Made by a program: the position numbers and the translations under genes | Source of the DNA: Toensbergia leucococca | Taxonomy: Eukaryota | Reading direction: 5' to 3' | DNA: 20,000 bases | NCBI GenBank assembly: GCA_022813965.1 | Contig: JALDZS010000010.1 | Coordinates: 232,078 to 252,077, forward strand | In this document: positions 1-11,804 of the stretch, one piece after another | Layout: the number at the start of each line of letters is the position of its first letter | How positions within the stretch are numbered: the first letter of the stretch is position 1 | Notes under the pieces: generated by a model | Database searches by the model: none | The model's input: the letters and a program-made list of their open reading frames with translations, nothing else | Told to the model about the DNA's origin: nothing

Positions 1-450
1 ACAATCAGCTTTGCCAACAAATATACGATCCCTCCCCCCTTCCTAATAGAGACAGGCATGACTCCTATAAATCAAAAAACTAGCAAAAAAAATCTCACTC
101 ACACATTTCGCAGAAGAACGTGTGCAATGTACGAAACTAAGAAGAGAAATCGCGGGTGGGTATATCCTGAATTTCGATCGATTGAAAACACACGCACGAC
201 TTGCCGTTATTTCGGACCGCCGGTGAAACCCACCTTACTCCCTTCCCCCAGATCGGCGCCGAAGTAGACACAAAGGATCTCCATGGATTCAATCACAAGG
301 TTCCAAAGCCCACCCAGCGTTTGACGATCGCAAAAAAGTCCCCGAATCACATCCCTACGCACAGTCCCTTTCCCAGGAAACAAGACATTTACACCAATTT
401 CATGATCAGATAAAAACAACCTCTCCAATCAACGGTGCCTCAACCAACCC

Positions 451-3400
451 CTACCACCTCCTCCCATAAACACTATCCTCAACTACCCTCTCCCTCTCCC
501 TCCCCCCACCCCCAACTCTACCCCCAACTTGCCCAACCGCAGCCTTTCCACCCCTATCCACCACACTCCCCTCCCCTAAAACCCTAACAGGAGCCACCAA
601 CCCCTTCCCCTCCAAGTCTCCACCATGATGTCCCTCTTCCGCCTCTCTCCGAAACAAATTCAAAATATCCTTCATACTCAACTTCCCCACCACGGCCCTA
701 CCCTCAACAGCCGCCTCAGCAAGCGCCCGCTTCTTCTCCTGCAAATCCAGGATGCGCTCCTCGACACTGTCGGCGATGGTGAGCTTGTAGACGATGACGT
801 CGACAGTTTGATTGAGGCGGTGCACGCGATCGATGGCTTGTTCTTCGACAAACTAATTCAAGGGGAGAGAACAGAAAATCTTTAGCTTCAGGCGAACAAG
901 GGGGTGGGAAAGAGTAAGAACGGAAACACTCACCGGATTCCAAAACGGTTCCAGTATCACCACCCGCGATGCAGCCGTCAGATTCAAGCCCAAAGACCCG
1001 CATTTCAAACTGCACAACAAGATCCGCGTTTTGGCATGCGTTCGCAGGCGCTCGAGGCTGGCTTCGCGGAGATCGTTGCGCATGCTGCCGTCGTAGCGGG
1101 TGTAGATCAGGCCGTCGCGTTGGAGGAAGGGTTCGATGAGGTCGAGCATCGAGGTGAATTGGGAGAAGACGATGAATTTTTGTGTGGCAGATTCGCGGTG
1201 GAGGATCTGGAGGAGGTGGCGGATTTTGGTGGAGGGGACCATTTTTGAGGCGGGTGGGGGGCGCGGTTCTTCGTCTTCTTCGTTGTCGCCGTCGTCGTTT
1301 TGGTCGTGGCATTCTTTTGAAGACGATGAGGAGGATTCGTCTGACTCTTCTTCGGCGTCGGAGGCGTTGAGGCTTAAGGTTTTGCTTGGGCGCGATCCTA
1401 TTACTTGAATGTCGGACTCGGACTCGTCGTCGTCATCACTGTCCGAGTCTTCGGATGCTAGTGATTCGCCGCCTCCTTCTGCGTTTTCATCATCAGTCCC
1501 TCCGGCTTTACCCAGGTCCCCAATGGAACGTTGGCTTGAGGGTACTATCCAGTCTCCATCTTCTTCTTCGTCGGAGCTGTCGAGGATAACCCGTCGATTA
1601 TTCTTTGTTCGTGATTGCGCCTTCTCCGAGCGGGCGATTACCGACGAGTGTGACTTCTGGTGCTTATGCTTCTTCTCATGGACTGTTCTCAGGTTCTGAC
1701 TCGCCAAATCTTCTTCACATTCTGAGCATCGTATGGAACCAGAAGACATCTCCTCTTTCACAAGCTCGATTTGGCAGACATCACATTTTTTCGTCTCTAC
1801 ACTCAGACCTCCTAGGAGATCTGCCATATCATCTAGCTCTTTATCTGCTACTTTAGTCTTCCTCGGCGTCTGAGAACCCACAGCTTGACCAGTAGTAAGA
1901 GCATCTCGATCTTTTGCCATGCTTCCTCCCACAAGCTGGGGATGATTGCATGCCTGACGAAGTCGCAAAAGCAAAACCAACGCACTCGCGTAGCTGATAC
2001 TCTTACCTCCCATCATTTGCTCCAAGCTCTTGTCTGCGCGCTGTTCAAGACGCTCGTAGAATCTCCGCTCCCCAGGCGCAAAATCGGCTACAACCTTTTC
2101 AATTCTTCGTTCGGTGATTTTGAAGCCGTTGTGCTTGCCATCTTTGGTCGAACCTTTACCGCCAGGATTCAACGCTCCCTCTTTTTTCAGCACATCTTTT
2201 GTCCGTCGTTTCATGAAGGCTTTGAGGTAGAACTGCAAGCGCTTGATGGCGACACCACCACGACCGTTGTTCATTGGTCTAGTAATCTGGTCTCTCCATA
2301 CAGGGAGATTGTCATAGGGTTTTATTCTCAAGAATTTGATCAAGCTCTGCAATTCATCGAGATTATTTTGCATCGGAGTTCCGGTCAAACACCACCTATA
2401 TTCCGCTCGTAAATTATAGCAAGCCTGAGTGGCCTTTGCGTTTCGATTCTTGATTGTGTGAGCCTCATCGAGAATCACACGGTACCAGTGAAGGCCATAA
2501 CAGCCAACCTTGGGACCGTCGTCCTGCTGTGATGAATTGCCATGCTCGGAAACAAGTATCTGGTACGTTGTGATCACAACATCATATTTTCGAAGATCTT
2601 CAAAACGTTTAGTACGTTGTGGGCCGTGGTGAACGCGAACGCTCAGCTCGTGGCTATCGGAAACTCTATTCTTAATCTCAGCTTCCCACTGTTTGATGAG
2701 GGCTAGTGGAGCAACGACGAGAGTTCCCTTATCAACGTTTTTGGAAATACCGTGCTTGAGAGGGATAGATGAAGTTACACTTGGTCGAGGGTTGCTGAGT
2801 ATGAGCGAAATAGACTGAATAGTTTTGCCAAGGCCCATCTACAGACTGTTAATCAAATCATAACATAGACAGGAGTAGAACCCACATCATCGGCGAGAAT
2901 TCCGCCTTTCGGTAGAACACCATTCTTCTTTTTGATCCCAACCTCCTTTTCCTTCATCCATTCAACACCACTAACCTGATGTGGCAACAATTTCACCTTC
3001 AAACCGTCTACTGTACCATCTTCCTCTTCTTCCTCCTCCTCCTCCTCATGTTCCTCCGGATTCTCTTCAGGCTTCACACCTAAGGCTTGCAATTTGCTCG
3101 TTAGGTCGGAGACTGCGGTTTCAAGTTTCTTTTTCCGACCTCGTGTCTTTGGCTTGTCTTCCTCGTCCTCGAATGCCCCCTCTAAGAGCGCCTTGATGTT
3201 CTCATTGGCCTTTGCTGCATCGACGTAAATGAGTGGATCTGCATCACCGAAGTTGTCGCTAAATCTGTCGTTAAACAGCGCAGTGTCTGTAAGATCAATG
3301 AAATTCCCGGGATTTCGATAGGCTTTTGATGAATACCCTCTTGTACTGAAACCTTGAGAGGGAAATTTAGGGGGCGGTGCTGGATAAGTGTTCCAAATAG

Positions 3401-4094
3401 GGGCATTGACAGGCCTCGGAATTTCCACTACATCTGTGTCGCTTCCAGCATGACTGAATCTAAATTGTGAAGGCTGCGGAGGTTGAACAGGACCACTGGA
3501 TATGGGTACAGCCTCTCTTGTTTGTGGTAGATTTGAAGGGGCCGTAGATGCGATTACTCTGTGATGTTCTGGGCGCGACTTGTGCGCCTTGGGTATATTG
3601 AAGACGTTTGAGTGTAAAGGATTTTGTAGAGGACTAGCTTTGCCAAATTCGGGTTGCTTGAAACTTCCAAAAGTCTGCTGATACGATTTTGAGGGCGACA
3701 CAGGAGCCTTCGGCGGTTCCCGTTCCACTACCATGGTGCCTAGAGAGCTGGGTGGAGAAATTCGGGAAGAATCTGGCGAGGGCACAAGGAAGGAAAACAA
3801 CGAGCTCGAGTCACCCAATTTGGAAGTCTGATCACATTCGTCGCCTTTGAAGGTGAATACTGGGGAGGAGTGATTGATTTCTGGCAGGCGAGGGGAATCC
3901 AGAGGGGTGGTTCGAAAATGTCCTACTATTCCTGCCCATTCGTAGGACGGCGAAGCGTTCACAGGAGTTTCTAGAAACCTCAATGGCTGTGTGCGTGGGT
4001 CAAAGGTGAACAGCGGTGACTCGGGTGAGCGCAGATGGTTTCGTGGACGAAAGGGGCAAGGTGTAAGATCTTTCCGTCTCTGTTGACGGTCCAT
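451..4094 (-). CDS. SNF2-family (Rad5/Rad16/Ris1-like) DNA-dependent ATPase/helicase, ~1171 aa; exons 4094-2886, 2838-934, 852-451
   Basis: Motifs LLPHQ..GVEWM, GGILADD|MGLGKT (Walker A split by intron 2885-2839, GTGGGT..ATTAAC..TAG), VILDEAH (Walker B), WCLTGTPMQN, LRLRQACNHP, FSQFT, SLKCGSLGLNL and EPFWNP|FVEEQAIDRVHR (intron 933-853, GTGAGT..GCTAAA..TAG). The spliced frame is continuous. The start codon is uncertain (see findings). Confidence 0.93.
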
Positions 4095-5892
4095 GATGAA
4101 TATGGCAGGCCGTAAGGGCAGAACAAGGAGAGGACTTCATACCTGAAATTTGTTCCATCACAGCAAGCTGCGAGAAAACTAAGCTTTTTCGACGTCTAGC
4201 ATTTGATATCGTGTATCAGCTCGTGTCAACCGTGTTTGTTTCGAGCATGACGTAGCTGTTGCGCAGAGCAACACTGAAGTCAGCCCTACACCCCCAGCCT
4301 CGAAAGAGTAAGCAGATCTTGAAGGCATTAGAGCAAACAATCACTTGCTCATCTGATATCTCATCTCAACACTCACCTTGAGCAACTTTGTTTGGTTCTC
4401 TTGACTTGTATCCTTTACTATTGATTTATGCATTCAATCTAAGTTACTGTTAGCCTTGAAAGACCAAGGTTGTAGTGCAATGCTCAAAGATATTCTGACA
4501 TTCAAAAACAAATTCATTACTCTCTATTATACATTGCGGTCATGCAGTTTCCTTCCCAGTGTGTTCTCAACGACATCTCTTGGTGAGGTCAGTGGCTTTT
4601 ATTGTAAAACATCTCGAGGATGTTCCCTCTACTTGCTTCACCTTTGGCTCTGCAAATCTTGGATTCTGAATTCCATCTTACACTTCGTGGTTAATGTATG
4701 CACCCCTGAGTTGTCAGTGCTCAACATCTTCTATATCTCGAACCCCTAATGGGCTTGGGTACTAAAGCTACTGGGATTGTAAAGAAAACTAACATGCCAT
4801 AGGTAGCGTAACAGCAGGTGAATCAAATAAACAGTGTTGACATCATATAAGAAGCATATGCAAACCCTCTGCGAGTGGGAAATCAGGAAAGAACCAAGTC
4901 AAGAGATGGCATGTTAGTATCTGGTCGTAACTTGAAACCACAAGTAACAACAGAGATACACCTAGAAGCTGGACATCGGTCATGAATGACTACTTGATCA
5001 GACGCTAAAAACTATACCATGGAACGTATTTGAAGACAAAGAAGATTAGAATGTTTGGGCCTTCCACCTACGGAGGATTCCGAGAAAAATAGATTCCTAG
5101 TGGCCTTGGATCCATGTTCTCGTATCGATCATCCCGATCAGCCGCACAAGCCTGCGTTAGGGCATTATCGTGCGAACGCCGCAACCCTATCCCCGCAGGA
5201 AGCGAGCCTCGTCGGGTCTAGCTGCGAAGTTGACACCCAGGTACCGATATTCAATAATGATTTTGATCATGTTCGTCACCTACCAGGTATCAGACACTTC
5301 ATTGCTGATAGGGTCTGGCGTCGTCCTTCCATCGAACACTCTTTGCATCATCTAACTAACAACACATGATGCCTCGTCATTCCAAGGCAAATGTCAGCTT
5401 ACAGCTCGTGTCATTTCACGATCCTCACGTCGATTTAGCTTGAGGAATCTCTCACTCCACACTCTGGACACAGCCCTGATCTGACGCCTCATATGCTCTT
5501 CGCTGTGCTATTATCGTGTAAGCATTGAGATGTGCACCCATTTCTATTTCCGGATGGTCCTTATATGTATTTCCGGGTCAGTTTTCAATTTAGTAAACCA
5601 CTACCATGATCTCCTTGACAGGATCCTTCCCCGCTGCTGGAAGACTTTGACAGGCGCTGACGCCTAAGTTGTGTATGATGCATGAGCAGGAGTCTACCCC
5701 GCTGTATTGGCTGGGACAGGTCATTACGAGGGCCGAGCCAATTCACAGCTGATCCACAAAAGACTTACATATAGCCAGCACCGGCAGCCTCTATCTTTCC
5801 ATCTCATCACTCGCAACCTCATCCTTACTCCCATTCTCACATCCAACAACCAGAACTCAATCAAGCCCCGAGACTCCCAACCCCACCTAAAA

Positions 5893-6495
5893 ATGCATTC
5901 CACAACCATCTTCGCCCTCGCAGGCCTCTCCGCTCTCGCAGCAACATCTCCCACCCCCGCGAAGCTCGTCCCCCGTGCCTGTAGCACGCTCTTCCCAACC
6001 TACCAAACCATCAGCTCCGCCAATCCCGGCACAGTAGGCGCCCAAAACAATCAATTCACCATCAGCCAGACCCCCGCCACCTCGAACGGCGCCGGCAACG
6101 TCGATACCATCGTCACCTTCCCAGCCATCCCCGCTGGATCCTACGGCTGCCAGCTCGCGCTTTCCGTCACCCCGGTCACCAACAGTGGGGCGAATCAGGC
6201 CACTGTTTATTCATTGAACAACGGGCCCATGGGCGCCACCGCGGGTGATACTTACTCGACATATTTCCCCAATGGTGGGACCGGCACTCCGGCCACCGGG
6301 ACCAACTTTGGGACCGTCAACATTGTTGCTGGAGGCAATCAAGTCATCAACAGCAAGGCATGCCCTTCGGGCGCCTCGTCAGGTCTATCCTTTTTATTCG
6401 AAATTGCCGATCCGACTGCCACGGGCAGTGATCAATTCACGGACACCAGTGTGGCCGGGTCCCCCAATGGTGTGTATCTCACCTACAACTGTTAA
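5893..6495 (+). CDS. Small secreted protein, 200 aa, likely But2 C-terminal-domain / cell-surface family
   Basis: ATG at 5893 in AAAATG context. Hydrophobic signal peptide MHSTTIFALAGLSALAA and propeptide ending ..LVPR. Four Cys. The motifs F.IP.GSYGCQL, INS..CP and terminal G.YLTYNC match my recollection of But2-like fungal proteins. No intron. Confidence 0.8.
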   Translation: MHSTTIFALAGLSALAATSPTPAKLVPRACSTLFPTYQTISSANPGTVGAQNNQFTISQTPATSNGAGNVDTIVTFPAIPAGSYGCQLALSVTPVTNSGANQATVYSLNNGPMGATAGDTYSTYFPNGGTGTPATGTNFGTVNIVAGGNQVINSKACPSGASSGLSFLFEIADPTATGSDQFTDTSVAGSPNGVYLTYNC

Positions 6496-7101
6496 GGTTG
6501 ATAGGGAAGGTATTAGCATGGTATAGCGAGTAGAGATAATGGTATAAATAGAATAATAAAAGTTGTGTTTTGATATGTTCCCCGGTGCCCAGAATAAGAC
6601 CGATCGAGAAAGGTTTTGATGTCTTTTTCATTACTCTTACCAAAAAAACAAGCCATGCATCAACAGTGAGAGCTGTCGAGAATGATGAGTACAGTAGCAT
6701 TAGATAATAATCCAAACAAGAAAATGAACATGATGATTCTCCGCGACAGCTAAAATTGTACTGGGTCATTCCAATTCATTGCTTCGTTATAACTTTGTCG
6801 TTACCCTTGCATCTCGTCGAGCATACTCGTCATATATTTTCATAAACAGAGATAACCCGTGAGTCCAACTGAAAGATGTGTAAGTCAGTAGTAAACTTTC
6901 AAGATTGGCACCAGATAAAGGGCCAGAGTATGAAAACAAATATCGATGAGGAAAGAAGAAACGAGGTTTCCGGCGGAAAAACGAACGCCACCTAAGAACA
7001 GTGCAAAATCGCCAGAGTGGCAAATGAGGTCAAGTATATCAAAAAAATATCCAAGCCAAGTCTGCACTCAATATACCCATGACTCCCAAATCACCACGCC
7101 C

Positions 7102-7779
7102 TCATGACCTCCGTTGCCGCCGTTCCCATTCCACCATTGCCAAGCCGGTCACTACGATCTCATCGATAATCACGCTCCCAATATCCCCACCCATAATCTC
7201 CAACTTCCCCTCCTTCCGCACTGAGTATGCCGCATTATGGAACCTCGCCACCGTTTGTTTGCTCTCGTCCGAAAGCGTCATATCAGAGCCAAACACACTG
7301 TCTCTAGCCCAGTCCAGCTTTCCCATTCCGCTGCTGTCGAAAACGTGTGTGTAGGAGAAGATGCCGTTGCGAGAGAGAGGGACGTCACGGCCGTGGATGT
7401 GGAGCTCAACATAGCCCATGTGGAACATTCCAGTGGCGATGCAGTCGGTGGATGAGGCACCGCGAAAGATTTCTAGTTGGGGTCTCGTGTTGAAAAGGGC
7501 AGATTGGCGCGTAGTGTATGTGTAAAGAGGAGTGACCTTGTCAGAGTCGAGGACTTGGTGGGAGCGATTGAGGATGTCGGTGTGATAGATGTGGAAGAGG
7601 CGAGTTTGGTAGTGAGTCGGGATCGAAGATGACGCTTGGCTAGGTCTTGCTGTTGAGTGTGAGATTTGGTTGGGTTTTGCGGCCGAGGGGACTGGAGCTG
7701 GCGAGGCTAAGGAGTATGGTGGGGGTGGATCTGGATCTGGATTTGAATGTGAATTTGAATTTGAGAAGGAGGACTTCAT
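7102..7779 (-). CDS. Fungal hypothetical protein, 225 aa, with N-terminal PPPPY motif and a probable tubby-C/LURP-like (DUF6593-like) beta domain
   Basis: Intact single-exon ORF. Low-complexity N-terminus with PPPPY. The C-terminal pattern VARF...KEGKLEI...DEIVVTGLAMVEWERRQR is typical of this fungal family. The family assignment is recollection only. Confidence 0.75.
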   Translation of the reverse strand: MKSSFSNSNSHSNPDPDPPPPYSLASPAPVPSAAKPNQISHSTARPSQASSSIPTHYQTRLFHIYHTDILNRSHQVLDSDKVTPLYTYTTRQSALFNTRPQLEIFRGASSTDCIATGMFHMGYVELHIHGRDVPLSRNGIFSYTHVFDSSGMGKLDWARDSVFGSDMTLSDESKQTVARFHNAAYSVRKEGKLEIMGGDIGSVIIDEIVVTGLAMVEWERRQRRS

Positions 7780-8774
7780 CGTGGGGGATAGTATTAGCGG
7801 CTGGTAAATATTACAAAGATGAAGGTCCTGGAGGATATTAAGGCTTCTTGAAGATGATGGAGGAATTGATGTTAATAAGTAGCGTGAAAGGCATTTTGCG
7901 GTAAGCCACCATCCTAAGCCACCATGCTCACTGTTTTAGAATATGGAGGACCTCACGGCCTGGGGCTCAGCCGCATGAGCCTCTTGCTAGGCGCAACTCA
8001 ACCAAACAATCATTGGAAAACAGGAACCACAACGTCACGTAACCGATGACAGATTATGGTCATGCTCACCTCGGCGGTGATGGAGTTCATGTGGGCTCGA
8101 AAGAAAAAGAAGAGAGGAGACTTGGCAGGAACATAAATGCGCTGGAAAATACAAATTCATTCCGCCGAGGCGCAGTACGAGTACGAATATTTCGAAGGCA
8201 GAGTATGAAGTGCGGCAGTTTGGATTCAATGGCGACGTACGACCCTCGAACCAAATCAAGCAATGCCACCAAACCTTGCGATCTGCGGAGTAGCTTCTTT
8301 TGGCCAAGACAAGGGCAATCCCCGACAAAGGCCGTCTGGTGTCACTGGTGTCGTTGAAATGACGATAAGATAAGGACAAACTAAGGCAAGGAGAGGTCGA
8401 GTACATATTCTACTCCGCTTCATCACGTCAACCTACTTCTAGCATCATCCGCTTATTTCTCTTCTACCTGCTACTTTGGTTCCAGTCACCGACTGCAAGT
8501 CTCCTTGTTACCTTATCTGCTGGTACTACCTAGCCAGGAACACCTCTTTGATTGGCCGCAGAGAAAGTCAAGCGACGACAATGTCAAGCTCCATGACATC
8601 TAGATTGAGGCAATGGGAGCAACTCTTCATATTTATTTCTGATCCCCCGCACGCTTGGCTTCCGTTCCCTGGAAGCTGACTTCAGTTCTTATAGTTTCTG
8701 TTTTCCGTGCTCGCACATACCTTCTCCATCTCCAGTTTTTTCCTACTCTCGCACGTGGCTTTTTCGTTGGCATC

Positions 8775-10180
8775 ATGTCTTTCAAGATCCTTGCCCTCGT
8801 GACGTCTCTGTTGGCATGCATAACTGAGGGAACTGACGTCAAGGGCTTCACCGTGGGAGGTTACACCCCAGCTGCCTTCCGAGCTCCATCACCCAACACC
8901 GTGACTTCCAACACCCTCTCCTTGACCCGTAAGTCCGGTTCGCGCAGCGCCGCCTATCTCCAATCAATAAGGAAAAACACCCAAGTCAATGGCCTTTACC
9001 AGTACGGCGTAGCTCCTCTGACCCAAGAGGAGGAAGGCGAAGAATATCTGACTGAGATTGAATTTGGCTCCAAATCTTTCTCTGTAATTCTTGACACCGG
9101 CAGTAGTGACACCTGGCTTGTCGAAACCGGTTTTACCTGCGTCAATCAAACCTCCGGAGCTCTCGAGACTGAAGCTGAGTGCATGTTTGGCCCAACCTAC
9201 ACCGTTCCTTCAACATTCAAGGATATCCCCAACGAAAACTTTAATATCACATATGGTAATCCCAAATACCCACGCCTACATATACTTTCCGTCCGCCTTC
9301 TAACAATTTAACTCCAGGCGACGGAGAATTTCTGACCGGCAAATTCGGGTTCGAAGCCGTAACCCTCGCCGGCATTACGGTGCCTAAACAACAAGTCGCA
9401 GTCGTCAACTTCGCAGCCTGGGATGGCGACGATGTCTCTAGCGGCCTAGTCGGGCTCGCCTACCCTGCTATAACGAGCGAATTCAGCGGCGACAACCCAA
9501 CACTAGACACGGAAGCCAAACAAATCGAATATAACCCCATCTTCACTACAATGTATTTGGACTCACTCGTCGCGCCCCTCTTCAGCCTCGCCATCAACCG
9601 CGGCAACAGCGGCACCAATCAAGCCGGCTTCCTCGCCCTCGGCGGTCTCCCTCCCGTAGCCTTCGTTCCCATCTTCGCCAGCACGCCCATCCAAATCCTC
9701 ACCCTCGCAGCCTACAACATCACAACCCAATACTCCTTCTACACCATCACCCCGCAAGCCCTTGTCTACGAAGAAAGCAAGCACACCCACTACGGCTACG
9801 GCAACTGGCCCAACCCCTTCCAACCCAACGGCGCCCAATACATTGTCGACAGCGGCACCACGCTCCTCTACCTGCCCACCGGCCAAGCCGACGCCATCAA
9901 CGCGCTCTTCGACCCGCCCGCCGTCTACAGCGACGACGTGGGCGCCTACGTCGTCGACTGCAACGCCAAGGCCCCCGAGCTCGGCGTCCAGATCGGCGGC
10001 GAGGTCTTCTTCATCAGTCCCCTCGACCTGATTTTGAATTCCGAGGGCAGCTGTTTCACCGGGGTGGACGATGGCGGGGACGGGCCTTATATTCTTGGAG
10101 ATGTGTTCCTGAAGAATGTGGTGGCGGTGTTTGATGTTGGGGCTAGCGAGATGCGGTTTGCAGCGAGGGAATTTTATTGA
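8775..10180 (+). CDS. Secreted pepsin-like (A1) aspartic protease, ~447 aa; exons 8775-9255, 9318-10180
   Basis: Signal peptide MSFKILALVTSLLAC. Both catalytic motifs are present (ILDTGSSDTW and IVDSGTT). The flap NITYG|DGE is restored by intron 9256-9317 (GTAATC..CTAAC..CAG). C-terminal ILGDVFLKNVVAVFD. Confidence 0.95.
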
Positions 10181-10712
10181 AGATTTTCTATGGATGTGGG
10201 TATCGTCGCGTTCCAAGGGGTTTGGTAAGTAGTCCAACCTTGGAGGTATATTGAGCACAGTCTGCGATATAAAGGAAATTTTAATTTTGGGTTCTTTTGT
10301 GCTCGGTCACCTTTCCTTTTTTCTGTAGGTTTGAATTGTGAGGATAGGTAAGGGTGAGTAAAGTGTGAATTTCTGATTTCACCTGCACCTGAGGAGTGAG
10401 GCTGGCTTGAAATTTCCCCGAGTGTAGGGGCTGTAAACGTCACAGTTTCGGTTGCATGGGAAAAGCCTGCTCAATGAGGTGGTTCTGCCGAGCAAAGAGG
10501 GCGAACCCGTTATGCTAGTATCGGCAATAAAAATGAATAGGTACGCCCAAATAACCCTCAAACAGCCCCCCTCGCCAACAGAATAAACACAACCCTACTC
10601 GCGCCTCACAACACCCCATATTCCTAGACAGAAAAAAACATCTAGTCATCCGGATCTACATCTCATCTCGTCACCGCACAATTTGAACCGCCACAGGTGC
10701 CACAGGTACAAT

Positions 10713-11804
10713 TCAAACCTCCATCTGCCCCGCAGGCTCTTCGTCACCAGACTGGAAGCTACCGACCGAGCTCATTTCGCTTTCGGATTCGCTGTCGTCG
10801 CCAGCTTCGTCTGCGGCGTCTTTGGTGGCGTATTTGGTCACGTATTCTATGCATGAGCTGTTGATGGGATTTCTTTTTTACAGGTGTGAAATTGAAAGGG
10901 GGGCTTGTACCTTTGACTTTGGCCTCGTAGTTCTTCGGATCCCTCATCAATAACGCGGCTGCCTCGCCGTTCAGAGGATCTGTCGGGTTCGGATACCGCA
11001 GTAGCTGGGGGAGGAAGACTTCGAAGATGTTGATCATGTCGAACATGGGCGACCAGGTTTGGTTGATGACGTCTAAGCAGACGGATCCGGAGCTTTGCAA
11101 TATTAGTATGGAGCTCGGTTTTGCGGGATTTATGGGTACATGTACAGCTCATCGATGTTTGGATGGAAGATTCGGTTGACAAAGCCGATGCTAGGGCTCT
11201 TGTAGGGATATTGATCTTGGAGTTCGACATGGACTTTCCATAGACCGCCTTCGAAGGGTGCTGGGGGAGGGAGAGCTGTAAGCGAAAGTTGACATAAAGA
11301 GACTGGACATCATACTCTCTTCAGGGCCCTTGAAACGGACGTAGAATTCTTGCCTTTATAATCATGATATTAAAAAGTTGTCCATGTTTAAGGGTATCGA
11401 ATGTCTGGAGATAAGAGCACAGAGGGCATACACTGCAGTTTGGTCAGATCAAAATAGTTGAAAGCGTAGGCCGGAGGATCGGTCTGAACCCACTGTTATC
11501 ATTAACAAGCGTCACCTCATAATCACTCATCATCCTGTATTTCCGAAAATCAGCTAAGATCTAGTAGGCCATGCTGTTGAGCCGAGATAAATATGAAACA
11601 TATTAAAGGGTTGTCATACATCCTGTAAAGAAATCAGTTCAGCACTTTTTCCTCCAGCTAATACTTGTCTCCAACTCACTTCATGACCTGTAACCCACGG
11701 GAGCAGAACAATCAGTATCCAAGACCTTGTCCATCTTTTTTCACTGAAAATCCACGCATTATTTGACTTACATCCGTCTCGATTCTTCTCTTTGGACTAC
11801 TCAT
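10713..11804 (-). CDS. UBC8: Ubiquitin-conjugating enzyme E2 Ubc8 (UBE2H orthologue), 184 aa; nine exons: 11804-11772, 11687-11680, 11622-11620, 11534-11494, 11432, 11353-11316, 11260-11146, 11092-10911, 10846-10713
   Basis: Spliced product [98 protein letters not shown]...[11 protein letters not shown]..., with an acidic tail. HPN motif and catalytic Cys are present. All eight introns are GT-AG and the exons total 555 nt. Confidence 0.95.

Noticed and set aside
625..2412. Several overlapping ORFs (716-1312, 904-1248, 1409-1699, 1885-2412 and others)
   Set aside because: Alternative-frame or antisense shadows of the SNF2 CDS.
5055..5369. 104 aa ORF and overlapping 61 aa ORF in the SNF2-But2 spacer
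   Set aside because: Non-ATG starts and no recognisable domain; cannot support a gene or pseudogene call.
5707..5892. N-terminal extension of the But2-like ORF (likewise 8655-8774 for the protease and 15813-15836 for the NLR)
   Set aside because: These start at non-ATG codons. The signal peptides or conserved N-termini begin at the downstream ATGs.
7902..7925. Short direct repeat TAAGCCACCAT x2
   Set aside because: Only two 11 bp copies; consistent with local slippage, with no evidence of function.
9563..10258. 231 aa minus-strand ORF
   Set aside because: Antisense shadow of the aspartic protease exon caused by C-ending codon bias; no motif of its own.
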